64,000 bases of DNA from Bdellovibrionales bacterium. Lineage in GTDB: Bacteria > Bdellovibrionota > Bdellovibrionia > Bdellovibrionales > JAUICD01. Of this stretch, positions 10,012 through 19,425 are shown piece after piece (position 1 is the stretch's first letter; every line of letters begins with the position of its first letter). The notes beneath the pieces were generated by a model, which saw only the letters and a program-made list of their open reading frames with translations, did no database searches and was not told where the DNA came from. The DNA lies in NCBI GenBank assembly GCA_965203275.1, contig OZ241865.1:800001-864000 (forward strand), written 5' to 3'. The position numbers and the translations under genes were made by a program.

Positions 10012-11226
10012 CTACTCAAAAACAAAATTCTTCAGATCACGGGTGATATTTTTTTGATGAGCTTCAAGGGTTCCTCCACCAATTTCTAATAATTTAGCAT
10101 CTCTCCAAAGACGCTCGACTATATATTCACTCACATAACCATAGCCACCTAGAACTTGAATAGCATGATCAGCTATTTTTTTACTTGTTGTGGTCGCAAT
10201 GAGTTTAGCTCCATCTGAATCAATACGTTGACCTGAAGAGGTCAAATCTAATTTGCGAGCCACATCATAAACATACGTTTTAGCTGCCATATATTGAGCA
10301 TAGCTTTCTGCAATGTATTTTTGGATTTGTCCAAAGGATGAAAGAGGCTTTCCAAAGGCTTTACGTTCTCTAGCGTAGTTGTTCATAATAGATAAACAAC
10401 GTCTGGCAATGCCAATGCCTTGTGCTGCTAAAGTCAGCCTTTCAATTTCTAAATTCCTCATAAGATGTAAAAGAGATTCTCCTTCTTTCCCTATGCGATT
10501 TGTCTCCGGCACAATACAGTTGTCAAAGACAATTTCTGCTGTGTTAGAAGATCGCATACCTAATTTGCCTTTGATTTTCTGCCCTACAAAATAACCAGGA
10601 TTACTTTTTTCTACTACAAAAGTAGAAAGCTTGCGATGATTTTTATCTCCTGTGCAGGCATAGAGCAGAACACAATCAGCAGGTGTTTTGTTTTCATCTA
10701 ATGTGCCATTGGTGATCCACATTTTTTCTCCATTAATAATATATTGATTGCCGTCTTTTTTTGCCGATGTTTTCATATTCAAAACATCTGTGCCAACATG
10801 TGCTTCAGACATTGCCATACAACCTACATGTTCTCCTGTACAAAGGGGGGGTAGAAAGTGCTTTTTCTGATCGTCATTGCCATTGATGGCTAGATTATTG
10901 GCACAAAGCATCGCATGTGCCAGGTAAGCTAAGCCTAATCCCGGGTCACTAGCTGAAATTTCCTCATGGACTAATACGGCTGCAATAGCTCCCATCCCTC
11001 CACCTCCAAAGCTTTCAGGAACAGTTAATCCTAAGAGTCCTAAAGAGCCTAGTTTTTTGAAAAGAGATAAATTAAAATACTCTTTTTGGTCAGATTCAAG
11101 AGCTTGAGGTTCAACAGTCGACTCTACAAATTCACGCACCATATTCCTTAAAAGCTTATGCTCTTGAGATGGATTAAAAAGATCCCATGTTTTGATCTGA
11201 TGGAGCGTTGTAGATGTTTGAGTCAC
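10012..11226 (-). CDS. Acyl-CoA dehydrogenase, isovaleryl-CoA dehydrogenase-like
   Basis: MAMSE..VGTD, NGEKMWITNG, KLGMRSS, ERLWRDAKLLEIGGGT. Confidence 0.92.
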   Translation of the reverse strand: MTQTSTTLHQIKTWDLFNPSQEHKLLRNMVREFVESTVEPQALESDQKEYFNLSLFKKLGSLGLLGLTVPESFGGGGMGAIAAVLVHEEISASDPGLGLAYLAHAMLCANNLAINGNDDQKKHFLPPLCTGEHVGCMAMSEAHVGTDVLNMKTSAKKDGNQYIINGEKMWITNGTLDENKTPADCVLLYACTGDKNHRKLSTFVVEKSNPGYFVGQKIKGKLGMRSSNTAEIVFDNCIVPETNRIGKEGESLLHLMRNLEIERLTLAAQGIGIARRCLSIMNNYARERKAFGKPLSSFGQIQKYIAESYAQYMAAKTYVYDVARKLDLTSSGQRIDSDGAKLIATTTSKKIADHAIQVLGGYGYVSEYIVERLWRDAKLLEIGGGTLEAHQKNITRDLKNFVFE

Positions 11227-11263
11227 TTTTGTTACATCCTATTAAATATGTGTACTTAATTTA

Positions 11264-11350
11264 TGGTGCCTCTGGAGAGATTCGAACTCCCATGGCATTG
11301 CTACCAATGGATTTTGAGTCCACCGCGTCTACCAATTCCGCCACAGAGGC
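11264..11350 (-). tRNA. tRNA-Leu(CAA)
   Basis: Reverse complement GCCTCTGTGGCGGAATTGGTAGACGCGGTGGACTCAAAATCC...GTTCGAATCTCTCCAGAGGCACCA. Long variable arm, encoded CCA. Confidence 0.95.
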
Positions 11351-11742
11351 TAATAGGGATTTGCCTATACTGGCCAAAACTTAAAAAATCCATTATTCCA
11401 TTATATTAACTCACTGCTTGCATTGTACTTCATTTTTAAGAAAATTTGATCCAAAAAATAAGCACAGCCAGATAAAATCCCTCTTGCTCTATAACCTATT
11501 GGAATCACTAAATTTATTTTTTAGGCTACCAAAGTCTCAAATGCTTTTAAAGAGGTTTTATTTGTTTATCTTATATCTAGTAATTATTGGGTAAATATCT
11601 AGTGAATATAAATACAAAGATGTTAAAAAAAAGAATTTTTAAGAAAAAATAAAAAAAACTAAAGTTTTAAATATTTATGCCGATTTTAGTTATATGACTA
11701 TTAATTTAACAATAACAAAAAAGACAAAGATATAAAGAAAGG

Positions 11743-14649
11743 ATGTTTAAAATGGAAGAAAATATGACAGAAAACAATAATTTAAGTCAAAAAAAGGCCA
11801 AGTTCACTAGAGAAAATCCTCCTAAGATTAATCGCAGGATCAAACTGATTGGTAATAATAAAGTGACGTGGTCATTGCTCTTAGTTGTATTGTCTGTGAC
11901 CAACTTAATATTATTCCAAAATTGTAAAAACAACAATATGACAGATACGACTAAAGATAAGAGGCTTTTACAAGAATCTCCACCCGATCCGTCTCAAGCA
12001 ACTTCTCTTACCTCTTATAAGAGAGGTTCTATTGCTTTTGTGGATGAAAGTGGAGAGGTCAATAGAGATGAGTTATTTACAGAAGGTTCAGATTTAAAGA
12101 TGGAGCTTTTACATGTTCATCCTGAAGCTAATAAATTTAGATGGACAATTAAAAGGGGTTTTGAAGTTATAGTAGATGAAGAAAACAGTAATGAGCCTGT
12201 ATATCAATATCTATTCTCAGACCCTGGAGTTTATAATGTTCATGCAACAGCCTTTAGTGTCGATATAAATAATGCTGATTCTAAAGTGAATCAAAAATCT
12301 TCTTCTCTAACAGAAACAATATTAACAAACTTTTCTAAAAGAGTGGTTATTGGGGAACATTGCTCTTCTGAGGATATTTTAGATTTTGAACTTCAAAGTG
12401 GATCTTTAACCCTTGGTCAATCAGCCACATTTGCAATACACAATTCCAATCTGTTTACTTCTGTTGAATGGAAAATCACCCCATCTTCTCAAGAGGTTTT
12501 TACAGCAGAAGGTCCTACAGCTTTATATGATATTCCTTCTCTAGATGATTCTGATACCGCATCATCCCTCATTAGGATTGAAGTCACAGCAAATCCTGTA
12601 GATCCTCAACAAAGTCACTGCTTGAACTACAGAGAAAGAATCTTTGAGGTGAGCAGAGAAGAGCGTGTTCATTTTAACCCTAGTGTTTTAATGGACAACA
12701 ATGGACAGCTTGTCACAGTATCACTTGAAAACAATAATATTTATAAATACCATAGACCTTCTACAGCTCAGTATATTTCTACTGATGTTGTTTCAGCAGA
12801 TAGCTGTACTTTTGAAATAGAAGGTTCTCAAAATACTCCTTCTACTTCAATAGCTTGTGAAAATGGGAGAGTTAATATACCACTTCCTGCTAAATCAGAA
12901 TGTCAAGCATTTAAAACAACTCTCACAGCAGTGAAAGGGGCAACATCTCAAGAGCAAGTGTATTACAATTATTGTGGAAAAGACGAAGAGACTTGCTTTT
13001 TTGGTCCTGAAGATAGAAGACTAAGTCATCATATCTGTCAGAGTTCTCATGCACAGGCTGGTGCTGATCAATTGATCAATCAGGTCAGCCATGCCGTTAG
13101 AGGTGGTCCTCCTCAATGTGGAAGTGAAGCTAAAACGTGTGCAGTGGGCAGACCTGGGGAACTCGAGGGTTGGTTGCTTAGATATTATAACACTGTTCGA
13201 TATCATGTATGGACATGTCTTGCTGATGGTTATGGCACTTTAAAGTTTTGTCAAAAGAGAATACCTTTTGTAAATGGTCAATGTGGCACATCCTATCTGC
13301 AATGTGTAACAGGCAATCCTATGGGTATAATCCAAGGAAAACAATGGGGATGTCAAGGCAGTGGCGGGGGCCGTACGGCCATTTGTACAATGCCTGATTC
13401 AAAATGTGGATCAACCCACAATACCTGTGCAGCAGGAACCTTTAGAGATTTACCTGACACAGACTCTCAGTGTAGATGGATGTGTGTAGGTGATACTGGA
13501 AGACTCTGTGCAGAACCTCTTACTGTAGTCAATGGTCAATGTGGAGCTGTGAAGAATGAGTGTCAAGCAGGTCAATTTAGAGATGTAGATGATACAGACA
13601 GCCATTATAAATGGCAATGTCAGGGAGGTCCTCATGGAGGTACTACAGCGGACTGTGAAGAAGCTAGACCTGTTCGGAGTAGAAGTGTACAAGGTACAAT
13701 AACAGCCAGTCAGCGACCTGTTCCACGGCTCGATGGAGTCTGTGATACCTCACAACAAAATGGTTGTACGGCAGGAGTTGCTAATGATGAAATTATACCA
13801 GATACAAATACTCATTATAAATGGCAATGTCTTGGACAAGCTGGTGGCGAACATGCCAATTGTGAAAAAGAAAGAACACGTGCTGATGGAAAATGTGGCA
13901 CTTATAACAAATGTCTTGCAGGTGATTTTCATGACAGAAATGACAGCAATCGTTTTTATCGATGGTTCTGTCGTGGTATAAATGGAGGTCAAACTGCTAT
14001 TTGCCGAGAAAGTAAAGCTGGAACTACAAAATCATCTGCACAATCACCAGTGACAGGTACTTTGGTGCATGGTGCATGTTCTTCCACTCTCAATGAGTGC
14101 CGTTCAGGGCAATTTGTAGATCGAGCAGATACTCATAGAAAACACAGATGGCTTTGCATGGGGAGTAATCATAATGATGCTCGCACAAGAGCTTGTGCAT
14201 TAGCTAAAACTGCTCAAGCTCAAGCACAGCCACCATCATCCCCATCTCCTCAAGCAACAACTCAACAACCGGCAAGGGTCGTACGCAAGGTTCATGGCCA
14301 CTGTGGCTCTAGTTTGAATACCTGTCTGTCAGGGACAAAGTTTAGAGATCGCAGAGATTCACGTCGTTATTATAGGTGGTATTGTGATGGCACAGGTGGA
14401 GGACGTACAAGAGCTTGCCGAGTGTCTAAACAAAATAATCAAAGACAGCAAGCACAGTCACAGCAACGGCAACAGCAACGGCAACGGCAACCGGCAACAC
14501 AAAGAGTTCATGGCCGTTGTGGTTCTAAGCTGAACACTTGTCTATCAGGAACAAGCTTCAGAGATCGCAGAGATTCACGTCGTTATTATAGGTGGTATTG
14601 TGATGGCACAGGTGGAGGACGTACAAGAGCTTGCCGAGTCAGAAGATAA
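11743..14649 (+). CDS. Large Cys-rich repeat lipoprotein/adhesin-like protein
   Basis: LILFQNC lipobox-like motif and PKD-like region. About nine repeats of GxCGSxxNxCxxG..D..D...YxWxCxGxxGGxTxxC, the last two nearly identical at DNA level. Gln-rich linkers. Confidence 0.8.
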   Translation: MFKMEENMTENNNLSQKKAKFTRENPPKINRRIKLIGNNKVTWSLLLVVLSVTNLILFQNCKNNNMTDTTKDKRLLQESPPDPSQATSLTSYKRGSIAFVDESGEVNRDELFTEGSDLKMELLHVHPEANKFRWTIKRGFEVIVDEENSNEPVYQYLFSDPGVYNVHATAFSVDINNADSKVNQKSSSLTETILTNFSKRVVIGEHCSSEDILDFELQSGSLTLGQSATFAIHNSNLFTSVEWKITPSSQEVFTAEGPTALYDIPSLDDSDTASSLIRIEVTANPVDPQQSHCLNYRERIFEVSREERVHFNPSVLMDNNGQLVTVSLENNNIYKYHRPSTAQYISTDVVSADSCTFEIEGSQNTPSTSIACENGRVNIPLPAKSECQAFKTTLTAVKGATSQEQVYYNYCGKDEETCFFGPEDRRLSHHICQSSHAQAGADQLINQVSHAVRGGPPQCGSEAKTCAVGRPGELEGWLLRYYNTVRYHVWTCLADGYGTLKFCQKRIPFVNGQCGTSYLQCVTGNPMGIIQGKQWGCQGSGGGRTAICTMPDSKCGSTHNTCAAGTFRDLPDTDSQCRWMCVGDTGRLCAEPLTVVNGQCGAVKNECQAGQFRDVDDTDSHYKWQCQGGPHGGTTADCEEARPVRSRSVQGTITASQRPVPRLDGVCDTSQQNGCTAGVANDEIIPDTNTHYKWQCLGQAGGEHANCEKERTRADGKCGTYNKCLAGDFHDRNDSNRFYRWFCRGINGGQTAICRESKAGTTKSSAQSPVTGTLVHGACSSTLNECRSGQFVDRADTHRKHRWLCMGSNHNDARTRACALAKTAQAQAQPPSSPSPQATTQQPARVVRKVHGHCGSSLNTCLSGTKFRDRRDSRRYYRWYCDGTGGGRTRACRVSKQNNQRQQAQSQQRQQQRQRQPATQRVHGRCGSKLNTCLSGTSFRDRRDSRRYYRWYCDGTGGGRTRACRVRR

Positions 14650-14651
14650 TA

Positions 14652-15675
14652 TCCCTAACCCCACCCACCGCCCTTCGATTGTTTTGTTCACTCAAAATAA
14701 ATCATGCCTCTGGCATGTTTTCTGGCAGTTAGCCCGACGGCTACCACCGTCGATCAAGGGCTAACTGCCTAGAAAATCCATTTATTTTGAGTAGAGGAGA
14801 ATCTCTTCATTCCTCTACACCATGTTAGGGAAAATTTCTTTTATTACCTCAGGAGCAAGCGGATTTACGAATAAAGTTCTTTTTCCTTAACATGGTGTTA
14901 AAAAACGAAGGGATCCTCCCTACTAAAAGTAAACGGACTTTTGAGGTTGCCAGCATTTAAGAAGGCGAATAGCCTTCGGCTGGCAACCCAAAAGTGACCA
15001 GAGGTCAGTTTACTTTTAGTGAAACAGAATCTAAAAAGAATAAAAAAACAAAAAACGAACACCTTGTTTCCTTAACATGGTATAAAGAAATAAAGGAATC
15101 TTTTTTCCGGGATCCGGCAACTGGCAACCCGGCATCATAAAGAACTTTTTCCTTAACATCGTGTTAAGAAATGAGGACATCCTCCTTCCTAAAATTGAAC
15201 AGGCTTTTGAGGCAGTTAGCCCTTGATCGACGGTGGTAGCCGTCGGGCTAACTGCCCAAAAGTAGCCAGAGGCTAGTTCAATTTTAGGGAAACAGAGGTC
15301 AGTTTACTTTTAGTGAAACAGAATCTAAAAAAATAAAAAAACAAAAAAAGAAACTTTGTTTCCTTAACATGGAGTAAAAAAACGAGGGGATCCTCCCTAC
15401 TAAAAGTGGTCAAGCTTTCTAGGTTGCCAGCATTTAAGAAGGCGACAGCCTTCGGCTGGCAACCAGAAAGTGACCAGAGGTCAGACCACTTTTAGTGAAA
15501 CAAACTCCTCCAGCCTGCCTCCGCCTCCCACTCATAATACTTATATTTGTATATTTTTGAGAGTTACGCAGAATCTAAGAGAGAATAAAAAAACAAAAAA
15601 AAGGAAATCTTGTTTCCTTAATATTTCACTCAAAATGCATCATGCCTCAAAAAGCGGATCCCGGATCCCAGATGA
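14652..15675. repeat. Mosaic repeat array (at least 4 module A copies plus B, C, D fragments)
   Basis: Module A at ~14686-14792 (minus), 14921-15026, 15188-15293 and 15398-15501, with repeated TTCCTTAACAT junctions. Confidence 0.93.
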
Positions 15676-15743
15676 ATAAACTAGATACTGATTGTTTTAT
15701 GAGTAAAAAAACCAAGAGTTTAGAAAATTACAATCTAAATATT

Positions 15744-17150
15744 CTATAGACAGTGATCATCAAAGACTTCTGCTTCGTTATACTTTTTATAAATGTAAGA
15801 GATCATAGCTAAAGCAAAAATAAAAAAGTATTGCACATTAACAAATCCAAAATACCCATAACTCAACCCCACAACATGTGCAGATACTTGGACTCCTAGC
15901 AGAGCTAAGATGAAAGTTCTGTGCCAAATATTAGATAGAGGGATTTCGATCCACATACGGCCTGTCATCAACAAAAAGGTCAAAATAAACAAAAGATAAG
16001 CAATAAGTCCGAGGCACCCTGTCGTTGAAAGCCATGAGATATATGTATTATGAATAGGCCCCGTCTCCCAATTATCAATATTTAACATTTGATAATATTT
16101 TCTGATATGTACTTCGTTTTGTTCAAGTCCTATTCCAATCCAAGGGTGATCCCAAAACATAGCTAAATGAGCTTTCCATATATCCATATAAGTGCTTTGA
16201 TTTTGATAATGTGTATCAAGAACTACAGTTTGATTTTCACTTAAAGTCTTATCAAAATAATAAAACCCCCCACAAACAATAGCTATGAACACAAATGTTT
16301 TAATGAAAAGCTTACGACCGACAAATCCAGACATAAAAAGTAAACTGATCACAGTAGAAATCCATATCCCTTTGTTGTAAGTCCACAACAAATTAAAGGA
16401 CATTAAAAGAGAAACAAATATCAAGAAGATACGATATCCTATATTGATATTGTTAAGTAGAAACAAACCTGCTATAGGAAAACAAAAAAGCATACTTAAC
16501 AAAACACCATAATCAATATGATTTTCAAAAAAACCAATAACATGATAAGCACTTTTAGAAGAAAAGTCTAAGCCATGCTCTTCCCTAATGGGAGGACCTA
16601 AATAAGTAGCAGATTCTAGATTGAGGCCTAGTAGATACAACAAGTCAATCCCCCAAAAATGCTGTAAAATACCATAAAAGCAAACAATGACACTTGTAAT
16701 AAGAATAATATAAAAAAATCGTTTAATACCTGGAAAGAGATAAAAAGTATAAGTAAAAAGATAAAGTAATAAAATCCAGTGCATTTGTGTAAAGTGTCTC
16801 CAAAAGCCTACTTCAGAAGCATTGATCAAAAGCCCCAGTGCTGACACAATTAATAAAAGCCAAAGCCAAAGATCTCCTCCAATATAAAAAAGTGAAATTT
16901 CTTGTTTTTTGCTCCAACGATCTAAAAGAATATAAATAAAAGTCAAACAGGCAACTGAAAAGCTAAGAAGAATAGTCATATTTGTGCTGAGTATACAAGC
17001 AACTATGTAAAGAGAAAAAAGTAATGGTATACCACTGCCAACAACATTCTTTAAAAAAATTAAGAGAGGGTGGTCTTTGGGACGATGTTTTCCAAAGTTA
17101 GAGTAAGGGTCTAGTTTAAAATGAGTTCTTTCACTGGGTGTACTTTTCAT
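15744..17150 (-). CDS. O-antigen ligase family membrane protein
   Basis: Multiple TM helices, IWKAHLAMFWDHPWIGIG, HNTYI. Confidence 0.85.
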   Translation of the reverse strand: MKSTPSERTHFKLDPYSNFGKHRPKDHPLLIFLKNVVGSGIPLLFSLYIVACILSTNMTILLSFSVACLTFIYILLDRWSKKQEISLFYIGGDLWLWLLLIVSALGLLINASEVGFWRHFTQMHWILLLYLFTYTFYLFPGIKRFFYIILITSVIVCFYGILQHFWGIDLLYLLGLNLESATYLGPPIREEHGLDFSSKSAYHVIGFFENHIDYGVLLSMLFCFPIAGLFLLNNINIGYRIFLIFVSLLMSFNLLWTYNKGIWISTVISLLFMSGFVGRKLFIKTFVFIAIVCGGFYYFDKTLSENQTVVLDTHYQNQSTYMDIWKAHLAMFWDHPWIGIGLEQNEVHIRKYYQMLNIDNWETGPIHNTYISWLSTTGCLGLIAYLLFILTFLLMTGRMWIEIPLSNIWHRTFILALLGVQVSAHVVGLSYGYFGFVNVQYFFIFALAMISYIYKKYNEAEVFDDHCL

Positions 17151-17408
17151 TTTACTTCAAAAGTATATATAGAGAATTCTCATAGGGCAACACTTAAAAG
17201 AAATAAACATAATATATTTAGAAAATATCTCTTTATTTTTAAAAATATCTTGATAAAAGTTCTTATATAGAATCATTTGAATATTGTTCGTGTTAATATA
17301 TCTCACAATAATTTTACTATTTTGGTTTGCTAATGATATTATGATATAAGTTTGATTTTAAAGTCCAATTTAATTTAAGAAGTTTTCATTCAATTCACAA
17401 GAGGAAAA

Positions 17409-18416
17409 ATGACAATACAAATCAATGATATCCAAAAAGCAATGCAAGTTTTAAAGGGCCGGATTCAAACGACAGAGATTTCTCTATCACAACATCTTTC
17501 ACGTTGGATAGGGCATCCTGTGTACCTCAAACATGAAAATCATCAACGTACAGGAAGCTTCAAAATAAGAGGAGCTTTAAATAAAATATCTCAGCTATCT
17601 GTTCAAGAAAAATCTAAGGGGATTATAGCAAGCTCTGCGGGAAACCATGCCCAAGGTGTTGCTTTAGCTGCTAGTATTTTTTCTGTGCCTTCTTATATTG
17701 TGATGCCTCAGACGACTGCTGCTGTGAAAATTAGTGCAACAAAGGGATACGGAGCCAACGTGATATTAAAAGGGCAAATTTATGATGAGGCTTATCAAAA
17801 GGCACAAGAGCTAGTACGAGAAAAAGATTATCTTTTTGTACATCCTTATGAAGACCCTTTAACCATAGCAGGACAGGGGACTATAGGCTTAGAAATTGTA
17901 GAATCCATTGAAGATGTATCTTGTGTTGTTGTACCTGTAGGTGGAGGAGGTCTAGCTTCCGGTATAGCTGTTGCCATCAAAGCTTTGCGACCTCAGTGCC
18001 GTGTGATTGGAGTACAGGCCATGTCTGCTCCTTCAATGACAGAAACCTTTCATAAAAAACATCTTCAGATTATTCCACCTTGTTTTTCTTCTTTGGCAGA
18101 TGGAGTTACTGTGAAACACCCCAGTCAGATGATTTATAAAGATTATCTTTCCAAATTGCTAGATGATATGGTGGTTGTCAATGATCAGCAAATTATGCAT
18201 GCTATTTTATTTTTATTAGAACGTGCTAAAACTCTTGTAGAAGGCTCAGGTGCTTTAACAGTTGCAGCAGCCATCCATAAGAATTTATCATTCAAAGGTA
18301 AAACTGTCTTGATATTAAGTGGTGGTAATATTGATTTGAGCTTGTTAGCTGCTCTTATTCATAAGCAAGAAGACCATTTTAAAGAAGATACTTTTTTTAC
18401 TTTACAGAAGTCTTAA
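17409..18416 (+). CDS. Threonine/serine ammonia-lyase (short form, no ACT domain)
   Basis: TGSFKIRGA (PLP Lys), SAGNHAQGVA, VGGGGL, LSGGNID. Confidence 0.93.
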   Translation: MTIQINDIQKAMQVLKGRIQTTEISLSQHLSRWIGHPVYLKHENHQRTGSFKIRGALNKISQLSVQEKSKGIIASSAGNHAQGVALAASIFSVPSYIVMPQTTAAVKISATKGYGANVILKGQIYDEAYQKAQELVREKDYLFVHPYEDPLTIAGQGTIGLEIVESIEDVSCVVVPVGGGGLASGIAVAIKALRPQCRVIGVQAMSAPSMTETFHKKHLQIIPPCFSSLADGVTVKHPSQMIYKDYLSKLLDDMVVVNDQQIMHAILFLLERAKTLVEGSGALTVAAAIHKNLSFKGKTVLILSGGNIDLSLLAALIHKQEDHFKEDTFFTLQKS

Positions 18417-19053
18417 CTTATACATCTTTTGGTCTTACTGTGTATGGCCTTAGAATAAAGACATTTGAAAAAAATACAGAAAGATGAACCTTTTGTTTCC
18501 CTAATATTGTATTTATCCGGGATCTGGGATCCGGGATCCCGGGATCTGGGACCCGGGATCCCGGGATCTGGGATCCGGGATCCGGCAGTCAGGCATCAAA
18601 AACTGGATCCCGGGAGTGAATACAATATCTTGTTTCCTTAACATTTCACTCAAAATGAGCCACACCTCTGGTGTGTTTTTTGGTGTTGCCTGCAAAGGCT
18701 TTCGCCTTTGACAAAATAGGCAACACCTAAAAAATCCGCTCATTTTGAGTAGGGCGGATCTCCTTGCTTCTGACATCATGTTAGGGAAACAAGATATGCT
18801 TCTAAAATGCTTTTGAGGAGCAAGCGGGTCTGCGGAAGATCTACAGCCTACCTCCGCCTCTCACTCATAGCATTTATATTTTTTTGAGAGTTACGCAGAA
18901 TCTAAAAAGAATAAAAAAAACAAAAAAACGAACTTTTTCCTTAACATGGTGTTTATCTGAGATCTGGGACCCGGGATCCCGGGATCTGGCATCCGGGATC
19001 CGGCAGTCAGGCAACCGACAACCCGGGATCTGGTTTTAAAGCATTGATTGTAA

Positions 19054-19138
19054 TGAATTTTTGCATCTAAAAAATTTCCTCCCAAGCCCTGGCGGGTTTT
19101 CAGAAAGGAGGAAATTTTTATGACGATGCAAAAATTCA
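19054..19138 (+). promoter_or_regulatory. Hairpin sequestering the SD and start codons of the four-helix-bundle gene
   Basis: TGAATTTTTGCATC (19054-67) pairs with GATGCAAAAATTCA (19125-38). AAAAATTTCCTCC (19070-82) pairs with GGAGGAAATTTTT (19107-19). Confidence 0.8.
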
Positions 19139-19425
19139 AAACTTATCAATTAGCTACTCAGTTTTATCGTAATTCTAAAAAATTACACCTGAAAGAGCCT
19201 CATAGAAGTCAGTTTCGAAGGGCTGTTTCAAGTATTGTACTTAATTTAGCTGAAGGATCTGCTAAACCTACAGCAAAAGATCGTAGGAAATTTTATTATA
19301 TTAGTCTTGGCTCTCTAAGAGAAGTTCAGGCAATACTAGATTTGGAATTTGTTGGCTGTATGGAATTAGCAAAACAAGCTGATAAATTAGGAGCTTTTTT
19401 ATACAAACTGTGTAAAAATACTTAA
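19120..19425 (+). CDS. Four-helix-bundle protein (23S-IVP/TIGR02436-like)
   Basis: SQFRRAVSSIVLNLAEGSAK...RRKFYYISLGSLREV signature. Strong AAGGAGG SD. Confidence 0.9.
   Translation: MTMQKFKTYQLATQFYRNSKKLHLKEPHRSQFRRAVSSIVLNLAEGSAKPTAKDRRKFYYISLGSLREVQAILDLEFVGCMELAKQADKLGAFLYKLCKNT

Noticed and set aside
14921..15026. Hammerhead, hairpin ribozyme or group II intron DV/DVI identity for module A
   Set aside because: Has GAAA, CCAGAG and a bulged A, but lacks the CUGANGA core or a DV catalytic helix.
14652..15675. Classical integron attC array
   Set aside because: No intI in the window, no ORF cassettes between sites, and the cores do not fit RYYYAAC/GTTRRRY cleanly. Kept only as an analogy.
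19120..19425. Diversity-generating retroelement
   Set aside because: Only an Avd-like fold is present. No RT and no TR/VR pair with adenine-specific mismatches in the window.
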